DNA of 64,000 bases from Takakia lepidozioides (GCA_030704615.1 CM060731.1:74648001-74712000), one strand, 5' to 3'; numbered from the stretch's first letter, positions 1 to 14,600 are shown. Numbers and translations are program-made. Notes: a model not told the origin generated them from the sequence alone.

Positions 1-3000
1 TGAGGAACAGGAAGCTACTTTGTTCTCTACACACCCAGAGTGGGAACAGGTTGCAGAGATGCGGCTGGAAAGCCTAAGTTGTTTAAGAGGTATCTGCTGT
101 GGTGTAGTGACAGCAACACCAACTGAAGAGGAAACCAGCAGTTACCCATAAAATTTCTATGAAGAAAAAGAAGGAGAAATGGAAATCCTAGAGGAACCAG
201 CCACTGTGAGCTTACAGGATGAAGTGGTGATTGGTTGGACAATCACAGCTGATGAGCAGGTAAGGGAAGTGAATGTGGGAACTAAAGAGGAACCAAGGAT
301 GGTGAAAGTAGGAGCTGATTTGGAGCCGGAATTCTTTGAAGAAGCTAAGAGCTTGTTCATCAAATACAGAGATGTATTTGCTTGGAGCTATGAGGATCTA
401 AAAGGGATACCACCTGAAGTCTGTCAGCATAAGATTGAACTGGAACCAGGGTCAGTACCAATCAAGCACGCGAGGTACAGAATGAATCCCAACTACGCAC
501 AGAAGGTTGGAGAAGAGATCAAGAAGTTGGTTGAGGCTAAGTTATATACCCAATAGAGTATACAACTTGGTTGTACCCATTGTATAGTTCCCAAGAAGAA
601 TGGTAAACTAAGAGTATGTTTGAACTACAAGAAGCTGAATGTACGAAGAAAGATCCTTTCCCTTTGCCATTCACAGAAGCAGTATTGGACACTGTGGCAG
701 GCCATGAGATGTACTCATTCATGGATGGCTTCAGTGGTTATAATCAAGTGCAAGTGGCAGAAGAAGATCAAGGAAAGATAGCTTTCATCATAGATTGGGG
801 TGCTTATGCATACAAAGTCATGCCCTTTGGACTTTGTAATGCACCAGCAACCTTTCAGAGAGTAATAAGTGAATCTTTTCATGAGTATCTGGATGATTTC
901 ATGCATGGTTCTTGGATGATTTCAGTGTGTACAGCTAAGAATGAGCACTTGCATAAATTGGAGTTATGTCTGGCCAGATGCAGGATGAGAGGTCTGGGCT
1001 TGAATCCAGAGAAGTGTACTTTCTGTGTGAACTCAGGGGTGCTTCTGGGACACATTGTGTGTAAGAAGGGACTTCTTGTGGATCCCAGGAAGACAGAGTC
1101 CATTATTACAGAAGATTTGTCAAAAGGTATGCACAAATAGCAGCACCATTGAGCAAGCTTCTGAAGAAAGATGCAGTGTTTGCCTGGACAGCTGAATGTC
1201 AACAGGCGTTTACACTGTCAGTAACAACTACACCTGTGCTGATTAACCCTCACTGGCATGTAGTATTTCATGTTCACTTGCGATGCATCAGGAGAAGTGT
1301 TGGGAGCGGGTGTTAGCCCAGAATGTTACAGGAAATATAGATTCACCTGTGTACTATGCTAGCAGGTTGATGAACAGTGCTGAAAGGAACTATAGCACAA
1401 CTGAAAGAGAAGCACTGGCAATGATTTATGCAGTCAAGAAATTCAGGCATTACCTATTGGGAAGAAAGTTTATGTTTTATGTGGATCACCAGGCTCTGAT
1501 ATATCTGGTGAACAAACCTTTGATAAGTGGAAGGATAGCGAGGTGGTTAAATCTTGCATGAGTTTGAGTTCGAAGTTATTTACAAGCCTGGCCGTTTGCA
1601 TCTTGTAGCAGATCATTTGTCACGACTAACAACAGGAGAGGTGCCACATGAGTGGACGATCAGTTACCTGATGCGAGTTTATTTGTAATGGAGGTGCAAG
1701 GAAGTGCAGATGAATGGTTAGATTGGCAGTGGCCAATCAGATACTACCTTACTCATGGTCAATGCCCACCTAGTTATGGTAAGGAGCAGAGGAAGAGAAT
1801 TGCTATCAAGCTTTACCTTATACTATGGTAGGAAGCAGAATGTATAAGCTAGGACCTGATGGAGTACTAAAACAATGCTTGTACCACCATGAAGTAAATA
1901 AAGTTTTGGAGGAAGTTCATAAAGGAGTGGCTGGAGGTCATTTTGGAGAAGAGACTACCAGTAGAAAGATACTACTCGCAGGTTACTGGTGGCCTACTTT
2001 ATTCAAAGATGTACACAAGTATTGTCAAAGTTGTGATGAATGTCAGAGGCTAGGACCTTTGCAGAGATCTGGAAGGATGGCCTTGCATCCTACAATGCCT
2101 ACGGAACCATTTCAGAAATGGGGACTAGACTTTGTTGGACCAATTAACCCACCAGCCAAGAATACACGGAACATGTACATAATTACAGCCCACTGATTAT
2201 ATACCCAAAGGGATGGAAGCTAAAGCTTTGAGGGACACACAGCCAAGTCACAGCAACGTTCTGTATGAGAAAATACTACACGATTTGGCTGTCCCTTAGA
2301 ATTTATCAGTGATCAGGGAAGTCACTTCATTAATGAGACCATTGAATTATTGACTAAGAGATTCATGATTGTGCATAGGAAGAGTACAACATATTACCCA
2401 CAGGGTAATGGACAGGCAGAGGCTACCAACAAAATACTATGTACTATCTTGGCTAAGATAGTCAATGCAAACAGAACGGATTGGGATACAAAGCTGTTGA
2501 CAGCTTTGTGGTCATACAGGACTTCATATAAAGTCACCACTAAGTATACACCATTCCAATTAGTTTACGGTATGGAAGCCTTACTTCCAGTGGAATTCCT
2601 GTTACCTACCATGAGAACGGAATAGGGAAAGAGAATGGAATTGAAATATTCAATTAAGGTCAGGAAACATGAATTATACCATATGGAAGAAGTACGAGCT
2701 GATGCAGCTGACAACATGACGATAATACAGATGAAAAGGAAGGATCGGTCTGATGAAGGGAAGTTGAAGACTTTCAAAACATGAGATTTGGTTTTGTGGT
2801 TACAGAAGAAGGGGAAGATTAAGGCTTCTAAGCTTAAATCGCCATGGAAGGGACCTTATGTCATACAAAAGATGTATGATAACAACACGGCCATGTTACA
2901 AACCATTAACAAAGAAATGTTGGGCAGGGTCAATGCCAACAAGTTGAAAGGATACAGTGGCATACATGACAAGCCATTGAGGCACAATTTGCATATAGAA

Positions 3001-3240
3001 CCACAGGAGCAAATACAGGCTGTTCTAGTAACACCAACGGAGCATAGAATAATTATCGTTAAACCGGTGAGGAGCGGAAAACACAAATGTTTAAATAGCT
3101 ATCACAGCCCCACACAGGGTCACACAGCCTATCACAGCCAACACAGGGTCACACAGCCTATCAAGCCCAGCACAGTGTCACACAGTCGCGCACAGCCTAG
3201 CACAGGGCGGCACAGCCAATCAGAATTACACAGTCCATAG
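1..3240 (+). pseudogene. pol: pol (RT, RNase H, integrase), frameshifted
   Basis: DGFSGYNQ, MPFGLCNAPATFQR, YASRLMNSAERNY, H-H-CxxC, WGLDFVGP, PQGNGQAE, WKGPY motifs across ORFs 179-3240. Confidence 0.93.
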
Positions 3241-3715
3241 GATTAGTGACAGGTGGACGAAAGAAAACATCAGGGAAATGGCCGGCGGAAGAAAGGGCGG
3301 AAGTCAGTTTAAAAGTGGACGCGTGGAAGTCAGGCCGTAACGCACAGCTGAGAAGGAGCTGCAAGAACAAGTGTCATCAAGAAAAATGACAGGAGTGGCC
3401 GTCAAAGTACCTACCTACTACGTCAAAGAGGATGAATGGCGGGCCCATTAATGCATACGGAAAAAGGGTAACGGAACATACGGCGAGTACAGAAAAAACG
3501 AATTTCTTGTCACGTGTGTTATCCTAGTGGACAGGCCAGCGGGGAAAATCCACTAAAGAAAATTAATTCTAAAATCCAGTCACAGCGGTTACAGCCAATC
3601 ATGAAGCAGGAGCAACTTCAAGAAAGTGAAATGGTTCTGAGCACAAGAGTCGGCGTCGTTCCAGGTAAACGGGCGTCTTGACGGGACAGACAATCAATGC
3701 GATAGTTTTGAAGCT

Positions 3716-6310
3716 ATGAGGGGAACTAGCAGATTATACGCTCGCGATACTACTCACGAGTGGCGAGGAAACAGAACAACAGAGAGTAACTTTTCTCTGT
3801 TCAATGCTTGCAAGCCCCGCAGGTTTACAGAACACTACCCATAGCATTTTGTGGCAATCATACGTTTGTGCTTTGTGCTCTGCAGGCATTACTTCAGTTG
3901 TTATAGCCACAGCCTTACGGTTTCTCTAAAATGAAGAGAGTAAGAGGGATGGAGGACATCAGGTGAAAAGCACCACAATCCTACAGAAACAGACGATTGC
4001 GACGCCATACGCGGTGAAGTTACTGACGGAACTGCGATTACAAGGATTGCAAAAACAAGGATTTGACATTGCAACATCGGAAGTACATGTTAGAATTTGC
4101 AGAACTTTGACCCAAAGACATGAGCCACAATGGTGAAGGGAGTTGAATTAGAACTTACTCCCTTATACCTACAGCAACTGTTTTCATTGCCAGCAGGTCA
4201 GGTTCAGGTGGACGAGCACAGGGCTAGATTGCAGATGAAAGATGTGTTTGAAGAAGGGAGTTTCTTTAAAACTCAAGGCTATGCTTGTACCAAAGCGGTG
4301 TACCCAGGGCTCAGGAGGTGGGCCAGATATTGAACGTTCTGTTTGCCATGAAACAGAACCAGCAATATTTGAGCAGATCCTTCACAGAGGAAATACTCAA
4401 AGGCCTGAGAGGAGAAGAGGTAGCATGGGAGAACATCATGTACAACGGACTGGTAGAGGAGATGAAAAGATTGCAGGGAACTGCCGCTAAATCTCCTATC
4501 ATAGTATCTGGGCCAGTCATTGCACAAATCATCCTAGACTCATGCGTACTTGATGCGAGAGAAAGGAAGGAAATGGGAGTGTTTGAAATAACAACCACTA
4601 CCATAGAAGAGCAAGGTTCTTCACAGGGTGAAGGGGGATTGGCAGAGCATCAACAGCCCAAAAGATAGAGGAAAGGGATCACGTTGGAAGCCAAACCATT
4701 GGCTACAAGGCAGCCGGAGGAAGAAGTTACTCAAGCTCTTGTGCAGGAGAGGGTACAGCAGCACAGAGATCAAGGGTTACAAACAGAACAACATGTGGAG
4801 AGGGAACAGGAAGTCAATTCAGTATCACAGCCATCACAGCCAGGTGAATGGCTTGCCAAAGAATTACCACAAGTGGTCCATGTGGTTCCTCCCCAAATAA
4901 TAGATTTGGAAACAGAAGGGTTAGATATTCCAACTACAGAGCAAGTGGTGGCAGAGATTGAGAGAGGTGATCTTCTCTATGAAGACTCTAGTTTGCTCAG
5001 AGAGAGAGTGGAGCCAGAGGTCCAAAATTTGTCCAGTGAACTTCCTGATGTGCAGGTAATACCCCCACCAGCGCCACAAGTTCCAGAAGAGGAACATCAG
5101 GACACAGCAGCATCTGGGAGAAATGAGGAAATTGAGAAGGAGGATCTGGTGGAGCAGTGGCCTGAGTGGTTTGTGAGGCATCATCCTATGGATGAGGGGG
5201 GTGAACAACAACATGTTAACCATGATGGGCCTCAGCAGGCTATGCTGATGAACTCCATAAGCCGAACCCTCAATTTGTTCAAACCACCCAAGACTCATGC
5301 TGCACGGGAATACAACCGAGCAATGATCATGCCCTTCAATGAAATTCCACATAGCTTGGATTTGGCTTGGAATCAATTTGGTCCTCCACAATCCTTTCCA
5401 CACTACTACCAAATAATGCGCATTTGGTTGCCAGTGGCCACTCGGACTAAGATTCTGGCAATGAATCAGCTCATCCATGGCAGGCATGTTGAAGGAGTTA
5501 ATAGCTTTCCAGGTTGTTCATGGGCACATTCACACCAAAACAAAGGAAGTAGCGAGTTTGGTCATGGGCTGTGGAATTTATTATACTGCTTGTTTCATTG
5601 CACGTTACCACATTGAGCAGCAGAAGATGCAGTCCAGATTTCTGACTTATTCCACTACAGATCATTGGACCTTACCTGTGGTGCCGCATCATACGTATTT
5701 ATATGATGTGAAAATCATGTTACAGAGGGATTCACAACTCCGTTCATGGTTTAACAGGGCCTGGAACAACTTGAGCAATGAAAAACGACATATTGACGAC
5801 ATTTTTAATAAGGAGCAGACAGCTTGGCAATACCTATACTGCTCCAAAGTTACTGGCACACCTCTCACCTAACAATGAGAAGGAATTGTTGAAGTTCAAT
5901 CAACTTGCTTTTCAACAGGTTTACACAACGTTGTGAAGCTTAAGGGTTCCTGACATGGTGGGACCACACTGTATGCCAATTTTCATTCCAGAGAAACCAA
6001 AAAAAGCAAGAAAACAAAAAAACTTCAGGACTGAAACAGATTCGGACACAACAGCTCAATCTTCAGAACAAACTCTTGACATATGGGAGGAATATGATCA
6101 AGCACTGCACGACAAGAAATGACGGGGATCTCCCACACCAGAGCCATTACAGCCGGTTCAGTCAAAGGGCAACAAATCGGGTACAAGTACAGCTCAGCAT
6201 CTCAGCAAGCAGTCATAGAACTCGGGCACGCAGAGAGCCTCCAAGGCACTCTCACAAACAGACAGGACCACGTTCACAAAGATTTACTGATCCTAAGCAG
6301 TAAACCGTGA
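3716..6310 (+). pseudogene. Extra 3' ORF of family A, internally deleted and frameshifted
   Basis: Homologous to 16013-19776; coiled-coil block missing at ~5280. Confidence 0.8.
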
Positions 6311-6341
6311 GGACATGGCTTTTTGAGAGGGGAAGGGGTAA

Positions 6342-7442
6342 TGTTAGAGGACTTTCTGGGACTTAGACACTTATACGGGATCTATGGGGTACTCTTAATT
6401 TTTGCACAGACTGAGACCAACAGGAGCCTTAGGGGTGACAACAGCGCACTTTAGAGGGGGTTTACACAGCCCGTCACAGCCAACACAGCCCGCACAAGTC
6501 TGTCACACAGTCGTCACACCAACACAGCCCGTCACAGTCGTCACAGCCGACACATCCAGACACATCACACACCGTCACAACAACAGTCACACCAGCCAAC
6601 ACAGACCAGCCGACACCATACACATCACCAAGCTCGTCACACAGCCCGACACACCCCATCACAGTCCAACAGACACACAGCCGACACATACACAGTCACA
6701 GGCCTGACAAGCCAACACATTCGCAACCATCACACACAGTACCACTCAGGCCATACACGCCCGTCACAGTCACAGCCACACACAGCCATACACACCAGTC
6801 AACAGCCGAAACAGCCCGTCACAGTCTGACACAGCTGTCACAGTCGTAGGGAACGGTTATCATGACAGGGAACGACTATGGGGAACAACATCTGCCGGGG
6901 AACATGTAATTCACGGAGGACGGTTAGTGAAGGAAAACGGTTAGAACAGGGGAAGGATAAAGCGGGGGAGACGAAGGAGGAGCACTTCTTGGGGGAGACT
7001 TCGACATCACTGGGGGAAAGGAGGAGAGGTATCTCTGAGCAAAAAGATGGAGAGCACGGAGTAGGAGGAGGATCTGTTGATGCTTATGATGTAAGCAGTA
7101 GAATTATAATTAGAGCAGATTAGAGACTCCAGGACTTAGCCTGATACTTGATAGATATTAATCTGATACACACTTCATACTCACACTGTGTAGAGAGCTG
7201 AGTGAAGCTGTGGAATGAATGGATGAGTTGATGGAGCAAACTGATACTTAATTACCAGCAGTAAGGTAACTAGCTAACATGAATGCGGAAGGAAACAAAT
7301 AGGAAACACCCCCATGATACACTAGCTATAGGTCATGACTGATTGTTCTAAGCGGGCTGAGTACTTAGAGATTTCCAACTCTTCTATCTTGGAGTTTCCT
7401 CCTCGGATAGCGAAGGGATGGGTGAGTAAAAGCTGCGCGACA
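6342..7442 (+). repeat. 3' LTR of family A copy 1
   Basis: TGTTAGAGG...GCGCGACA, preceded by PPT GAGAGGGGAAGGGGTAA (6325-6341); homologous to 7769-8684. Confidence 0.92.
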
Positions 7443-7768
7443 ACCTGTAAGACCATCCCAGTGGAACATCAGTTGGCTTGCTCCCCACCCCCTCTCTAGC
7501 TTGCAATTGAATCATAATCTTATCTAGTTTTTTTCTCTCATCTCCAGGAAAGGACCCGCTATCACATTGCTGTACTGCAATTCTGCCAAATCTTACAATG
7601 TCAGGCTATGGTTGTCATCATAGCCTCCACACCAATGTATGGATTTTCCTTCATGAGCAACACTACCCCAAGTCTGCCTTCACCCTGCCCTAACTACAAA
7701 CCAAAATTAAAGAATTCAAGTCAACTGTGACTAACATGGGAGGTTTTTGGTGTGTCAAGTTAAATAAG

Positions 7769-8684
7769 TGTTAGAGGACTGTAGGGGACTTAGACACTTA
7801 TACGGGATCTGTAGGGTACCCTTAATTTTGCACAGACTGAGACCAACAGGAGCCTTAGGGTGACAGCAGCGCACTGGAGGGGGGTTACACAGTTCACAGT
7901 CCACACAGCCAACACAGTCACAGTCGTCACAGAGGCCACACACACAGCCAACACAGCCCGTCACAGTCGTCAGCCACACAGCCAACACAGCCGACACAGA
8001 CAGCCACAAGCCACACAGCCAAACACAGTCGCACAGCGTCACAGTTTCACAGCCAGTCACAGCTTGACACAGCTGTCACGATCATAGGGAACGAAGAGTA
8101 GGACAGGGAACGACTGTGGGGAACAACACCTGCGAAGGGAACATGTTAGTTCACAGACGACGGTTAGTGAGGGAAACGGTTAGAACCGCGGATAGGAGAT
8201 AAAGGGAAACGGGGAAGGAAAGGGGATATCATTCGAGGAGGACTTCTTAGTCAGGCGGAGCGGAGATCGTGAGAGCACGGAAGGAGAAAGAGGATTAGTA
8301 GATGCTTGTTATATGCAAAGCTGTAGTGATATTGTAGAGCAGATTAGAGACATAATGGCTTCGGCCTGATACCTGATAAATCATAATCTGATACTTATAC
8401 GATACAATCACACTGTGTAGAGAGATCTGAGTGAAGCTGTGGATTGAATGGATGAGTGAAGGAAACCGATAGATTGATGAAGCAAACTGATACTTAATTA
8501 TCAATGGTAAGGTAGCTAAGATGAATGCGGAAAGGGAAACAAATAGGAAACACCCCCATGATACACTAGCTGTAGGTCATGACTGATTGTTCTGCGCGGG
8601 CTGAGTACTTAGAGATTTCCAACTCTTCTATCTTGGAGTTTCCGCCTCGGATAGCGAAGGGATGGGAGTAAAAGCCGCGCGACA
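7769..8684 (+). repeat. 5' LTR of family A copy 2
   Basis: TG...CA; near-identical to 19807-20693 outside the CACAGC array. Confidence 0.96.
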
Positions 8685-8686
8685 TT

Positions 8687-8704
8687 TGGCGACCATACTG
8701 GGGA
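8687..8704 (+). promoter_or_regulatory. Primer-binding site, tRNA-Arg-like
   Basis: TGGCGACCATACTGGGGA 2 nt after the LTR end; resembles the TGGCGACT...CTGGGGA tRNA-Arg-type PBS. Confidence 0.7.
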
Positions 8705-8726
8705 CCTGGGACATGAACAACCAGAT

Positions 8727-9169
8727 GTGACAGGCATCTGGTGGGATCATGGTGGTTGGACCATTAAAGAATTTGAAGTGAATCAAATTCCCTGTGGAAC
8801 GAAGGAAGAAAGATTGTCCAAACAATTCTTTCAAAGGTTCTTGGAATTGCCAGACGGTTGTAAAGAAAATATTCTTAAACGAGTGCATGATGCTGATCCA
8901 GAATGGGTCTGGAGAAAGGAGTGATAAAGATTTATCAGGTAGCCTGTAGAGGAAGAGCACGTTGGTTACCAACATTGGTTTATGTGATAGCATTGCTATC
9001 CATTAAACGAGTAGAGTTTGAAGGCTGGGAAGAAAGAAAGGTGAATGTTTATACTCATATGCATGAAGAGCTTGTACTGGTAAAGAATTGGATTCCAAAG
9101 GATTTTTGTGGATCAAACTCACACCAAGAACAGCTTTTCAGACTTGTTTGCCATATGGTTATATGGTAA
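8727..9169 (+). CDS. Putative small 5' extra ORF upstream of gag (one frameshift), unknown function
   Basis: ORFs 8727-8924 and 8903-9169 overlap and read as globular protein; includes FLELPDGCKENILKRV. Confidence 0.35.
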
Positions 9170-9290
9170 CGGAGACTTCAAGTATAGCCAAGGGTGCATT
9201 GAAGCTTGAAGAAACCCAGGCATATACGAGAGATATTACAGAAGAGAGTTTTGGTTATTGCCACATTAAAAGAAATGAAAGACATGGGAC

Positions 9291-11355
9291 ATGAGTGATG
9301 AAAGAGAAGCTAGACGACAGAGATATTCAGCAAAAAGAGAAAGCTATCTGAAAGCTAATTATCCATATCTTTGGGAGAGAGGAATAGACATAGGGGAATC
9401 ATCTGGACCTCTCACACCATCAAGATCAAAGAGTGCATCACCTATACCGGAAGAACTAGAGTTGGATGCCACTCCTTCTGTTTCTTTGCAAGAAATTAAG
9501 GGAATTGGTACAGGAAGAAGATCAATCACGAGGTGAAAGATCTGAGGTACATCCTTGGATAAAAGACTTGACAGAAATCTTTGATAAGAGTTGGCATGGA
9601 ACACCAAAAGCAGGAACTCCAGTTTCTGAAGCAGAAGATGAAGAAGGAGAAGAGGATGTGGCAGAGCCAACGGAGAGTTCAGACTCTCCAACACCATTAC
9701 AGTTGAGTTACATGAGTGAAGAAGAAACCCAAGGGCAGAACTTGGAGGATGAAAACAGAGAGAAGAAATTAGAGAGGAAGAATGAAGAAGTAGACCCAAC
9801 AGCTGAGGTTGAGACTACAACCAGGACATCCCAACCCGTTGGACCTGGATCAAGTGGAGCACTTGGATCACAGGCCAACGAAGGTGTCGGCTCAGGGGGA
9901 TCAGGCGGGCTGCCTGGATCTGGCTCTGGGGGACAGGGAGTGTGGGAAGTAGTGCAACTGAAGCTGGGAATACTGTGAATATCGTGGGGCCAGAAGCAGG
10001 AGTGCTCAAGGGCCACCACTTGGTGGAAGATCCACCACAAAAACAACAGGTCCAGAAGGACCAGCACCAGCAAGGGTGCCAGCACCTGTCAGTGGGCAGA
10101 AGGTAGGGCCACAGATGGCGTTACAACCAACACGGGCAAAACCACCCTTTCCAATATATTCAGGAAAAGGGGATCCCGATGTACACATTAGCCAATTTGA
10201 GCACATGTGTATAGTGAACAATGAGAATGGCGATGATGCCAAGATGAGACTGTTTCCTTGTTCACTTATCAAGAAGCAAGTGAATGGTATGCAAGATTCC
10301 CTGATAATCATTTCCTAACCTGGAATGGCTTGAATACAGCATTTCGAAATAGGTTCAGGACAAGTAAAACTGAGGATGAAGTGTATGGAAGTTTACAACA
10401 GCTGAAGCAGAAGAAGCATGAAACTGTTGAAGAGTATATGGAGAAGATGGAATTGATGATGAAAAAGCTGGCTGCAGTACCAGCGCCCGGTTTACAGAAG
10501 ACTTGGTTTGTGAGTGGACTAAGACCAGAGTTGCAAAAGAAAGTGGATATGTTACCCCATAATACAGTGGAGGAGGCATTTGAAACTGCGAACAGAATTG
10601 AGCAATTGGGAATGCTCAGGAGAGAGAAAAAAGAAGATGAGGACTCTGAGGATGAGTCAGATGAAGAAGAAGAGCAAGAACTAAAAAGAAAGAGTAAGAG
10701 AAAGGAGAAGTTGAAGAGGGATAACTATGAAAAAAAATTGGAAGAAATCTTGAAGAAGTATGCCACAGAGGCTGCAACACATTGGAGGAAGGGTGTATGG
10801 TGTGCAAAGTGCCAGAATGAAGGCCATACCACCACAGAATGCCACATGAAGGAGAAACACTGTACTATCTGTAAAATGGATAACCATTCTACTGAGAATT
10901 GTTACAACAGAAGGACAGCTGCAAGAGAACCTAGGCAAGTAAGGGTGCATCAGTGCAGCCCCAGCCAAGAAGAAACAATGATCAGGACCACTATGGTAGG
11001 TCTGGTGGTTATAACAATGGCATGGAAGGGAGAGGTAATTCAAGAGGGAATTACCAAGGAAATTCCAGAGGCAACTATCATCAGGGTAATCCAAGGGGGA
11101 ATTACCAGCCCGGGAATCAGGATTATAGAAATAATCCAAGAACAGACCAAGGGCGAGGACCCAATGGTGAAGAGCTATGTTACTATTGTAATCAGCCAGG
11201 ACATCGCAAGGCAGCCTGTTCATTCTGGGATAAGACACCAGAATGAGATGAGAGCTCCTGTGAATGAGGGCCCAGTGGTGGCAGCTCACATGGTTAGGCC
11301 ATGTGTTGTACCAGAAGTAAGTACAATGATAGTAACAAAAGTAAAGCCAAACTAA
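9291..11355 (+). CDS. gag: gag with three zinc knuckles (frameshifted)
   Basis: FPIYSGKGDPDVHI, LKQKKHETVEEY, FVSGLRPEL; CAKCQNEGHTTTEC, CTICKMDNHSTENC, CYYCNQPGHRKAAC. Confidence 0.88.
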
Positions 11356-11639
11356 TACCTCCAGTAGAAGAGGAAGAAGATGAGACTGGAAGTGGCAATG
11401 ATATGCCTGAAGATGAAGAGACTTGGAAATGAGAAGGAACTGCACAAGGAAGTGGCATACTATAAGGGAAATGCAAAAGAGTACTGATATTCCTGTGGCA
11501 GATTCCTCTGATTCGGATGGAGAAAAGAAGGGAGTGAGGAAGAAAGGAAAAAAGATGCAGACATGCAAAGTAATGAAGAGACTTTGGCTGAGTAATATGT
11601 CAGACCAAAGCAGAAATTACCATTGGACAGCTATTAGCT

Positions 11640-14600
11640 GTGGCACCTTATTGTAGGCACAGGCTGTATCAGGCAATCAATCGAATTGCCCAAGAGACAG
11701 GAAACACAGACCTGAACAGCAAGGTGACCAGTTATAATGTGAAGCCGGAAGGGCGAGAACCAGTCATGGACTTTGATGATTCTATGCCAGTAATCCAATT
11801 GAGAATTGGAAGCACAGAACTAACTGATGTACTGATAGATGGTGGTTCTGGAGTAAATATCATGACAGACCAATTAAGGAAGAAGCTTGGTCTAAGTAAC
11901 ATGAAACCAGCCCCATTTACAGTAACAATGGCAGATCAAAGAAGTGTACAGCCATTGGGATTAATAAGAGGAGTTAAGATACAGATACAGAAAATGATCT
12001 TTATGATCACAGTAACTGTATTAAAAATGGATGAAGTCATGGAGGCTTACTCCTTATTATTGGGACGTCCGTGGCTGAAACAGGCCAGGGTATTCCATGA
12101 CTGGAATTCTCAGTTACTAACCGTGCATAATGGGATACACGAGATACAAATTACCACAAGAAATCTAGTAGATTACCTGCTACAAGAAGACCTCGAGGAG
12201 TCAGAGAGTATGACTGGAGAGGAGGACTGGATGAGGAGCAGGAAGCTACCCTATTTGCTGCACACCCAGAGTGGGAGCAGTTGCAGAGATGCGGCTGGAA
12301 AGCCTAAGTTGTTTGAGAGGTATCTGCTGTGGTGTAGTGACAGCAACACCAACTGAAGAGGAAACCAGCATTTACATCACATTTCTATGAAGAAGAGAAG
12401 GAGAAATAGAAATCCTAGAAGAACCAGCCACTGTGAGCTTACAGGATGAAGTGGTGACTGGTTGGACAATCACAGCTGATGAGCAGGTGAGAGAAGTAAA
12501 TGTGGGAACTCAGGAGGAACCGAGGATGGTGAAAGTAGGAGCTGATTTGGAGCCGGAATTCTTCGAAGAAGCTAAAAGCTTGTTCATCAAATACAGAGAT
12601 GTATTTGCTTGGAGCTATGAGGATCTAAAAGGGATACCACCTGAAGTCTGTCAGCATAAGATTGAACTGGAACCAGGGTCAGTACCAATCAAGCAGGCGA
12701 GGTATAGAATGAATCCCAACTACGCACAGAAGGTTGGAGAAGAGATAAAGAAGTTGGCTGAGGCTAAGTTTTTATATACCCAATAGAGTATACAACTTGG
12801 TTGTCACCCATTGTTATAGTTCCCAAGAAGAATGGCAAACTAAGAGTATGTGTGAACTATAAGAAGCTGAATGCTTGTACGAAGAAAGATCCTTTCCTTT
12901 GCCATTCACAGAAGCAGTATTAGACACTGTGGCAGGCCATGAGATGTACTCATTCATGGATGGCTTCAGTGGTTATAATCAAGTGCAAGTGGCAGAAGAA
13001 GACCAAGGGAAAACAGCTTTCATCACAGACTGGGGGGCTTATGCATACAAAGTCATGCCCTTTGGACTTTGTAATGCACCAGCGACCTTTCAGAGAGTGA
13101 TAAGTGAATCTTTTCATGAGTATCTGGATGATTTCATGCAGGTATTCTTGGATGATTTCAGTGTGTACAGCTCTAAGAATGAGCACTTGCATAAATTGGA
13201 GTTATGTTTGGCCAGATGCAGGATGAGAGGTCTGGGCCTGAATCCAGAGAAGTGTACTTTCTGTGTGAACTCAGGGGTGCTTCTGGGACACATTGTGTGT
13301 AAGAAGGGACTCTTGTGGATCCCAGGAAGACAGAGTCCATTAAAGCCTCTCCACCACCAGTGAATGTTAAGAGTTTAAGGAGATTCCTTGGGCAAACCAG
13401 TTATTACAGAAGATTTGTCAAAAGGTATGCACAAATAGCAGCACCATTGAGCAAGCTTCTGAAGAAAGATGCAGTGTTTGCCTGGACAGCTGAATGTCAA
13501 CAGGCGTTTGAGGAACTTACACTGTCAGTAACAACTACACCTGTGCTGATTAACCCTCACTGGCATGTAGTATTTCATGTTCACTGCGATGCATCAGGAG
13601 AAGCGTTGGGAGCGGTGTTAGCCCAGAATGTTACAGGGAATATAGATTCACCTGTGTACTATGCTAGCCGGTTGATGAACAGTGCTGAGAGGAACTATAG
13701 CACAACGGAAAGAGAAGCATTGGCAATGATTTATGCAGTGAAGAAATTCAGGCATTACCTATTGGGAAGAAAGTTTATGTTTTATGTGGATCACCAGGCT
13801 CTGATATCTGGTGAACAAACCTTTGATAAGTGGAAGGATAGCGAGGTGGTTAATAATCTTGCATGAGTTTGAGTTCGAGGTTATTTACAAGCCTGGCCGT
13901 TTGCATCTTGTGGCAGATCATTTGTCACGACTAACAGGAGAGGCCGCACAGGAGTGGACGATCAGTTACCTGATGCGAGTTTATTTGTAATGGAGGTGCA
14001 AGGAAGTGCAGATGAATGGTTAGATTGGCAGTGGCCAATCAGATACTACCTTGCTCATGGTCAGTGCCCACCTAGTTATGGTAAGGAGCAGAGGAAGAGA
14101 ATTGCTATCAAAGCTTTACCTTACTATGGTAGGAAGCAGAATGTATAAGTTAGGACCTGATGGAGTACTAAAACGATGCTTGTACCACCATGAAGTAAAT
14201 AAAGTCTTGGAGGAAGTTCATAAAGGAGTGGCTGGAGGTCATTTTGGAGAAGAGACTACCAGTAGAAAGATACTACTCGCAGGATACTGGTGGCCTACTT
14301 TGTTCAAAGATGTACATGAGTATTGTCAGAAGTGTGATGAATGTCAGAGGCTAGGACCTTTGCAGAGATCTGGAAGGATGGCCTTGCATCCTACAATGCC
14401 TACGGAACCATTTCAGAAATGGGGACTAGACTTTGTTGGACCAATTAATCCACCATCCAAGAATACACGAAACAGGTACATAATTACAGCCACTGATTAT
14501 ACTACAAAGTGGGTGGAAGCTAAAGCTTTGAGGGACAACACAGCCAAGTCCACAGCAAGGTTCCTGTACGAGAACATACTTACACGATTTGGCTGTCCCT

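Larger units (their letters stand above)
1..7442 (+). mobile_element. Ty3/Gypsy non-chromovirus LTR retrotransposon, family A copy 1 (5' part outside window)
   Basis: RT-RNaseH-integrase ORF pieces, extra ORF, PPT and 3' LTR (TG...CA); closely similar to 12230-20693. Confidence 0.93.

Noticed and set aside
6402-8087. Short Thr/His/Cys/Val-rich ORFs
   Set aside because: Artefactual translations of the CACAGC LTR arrays.
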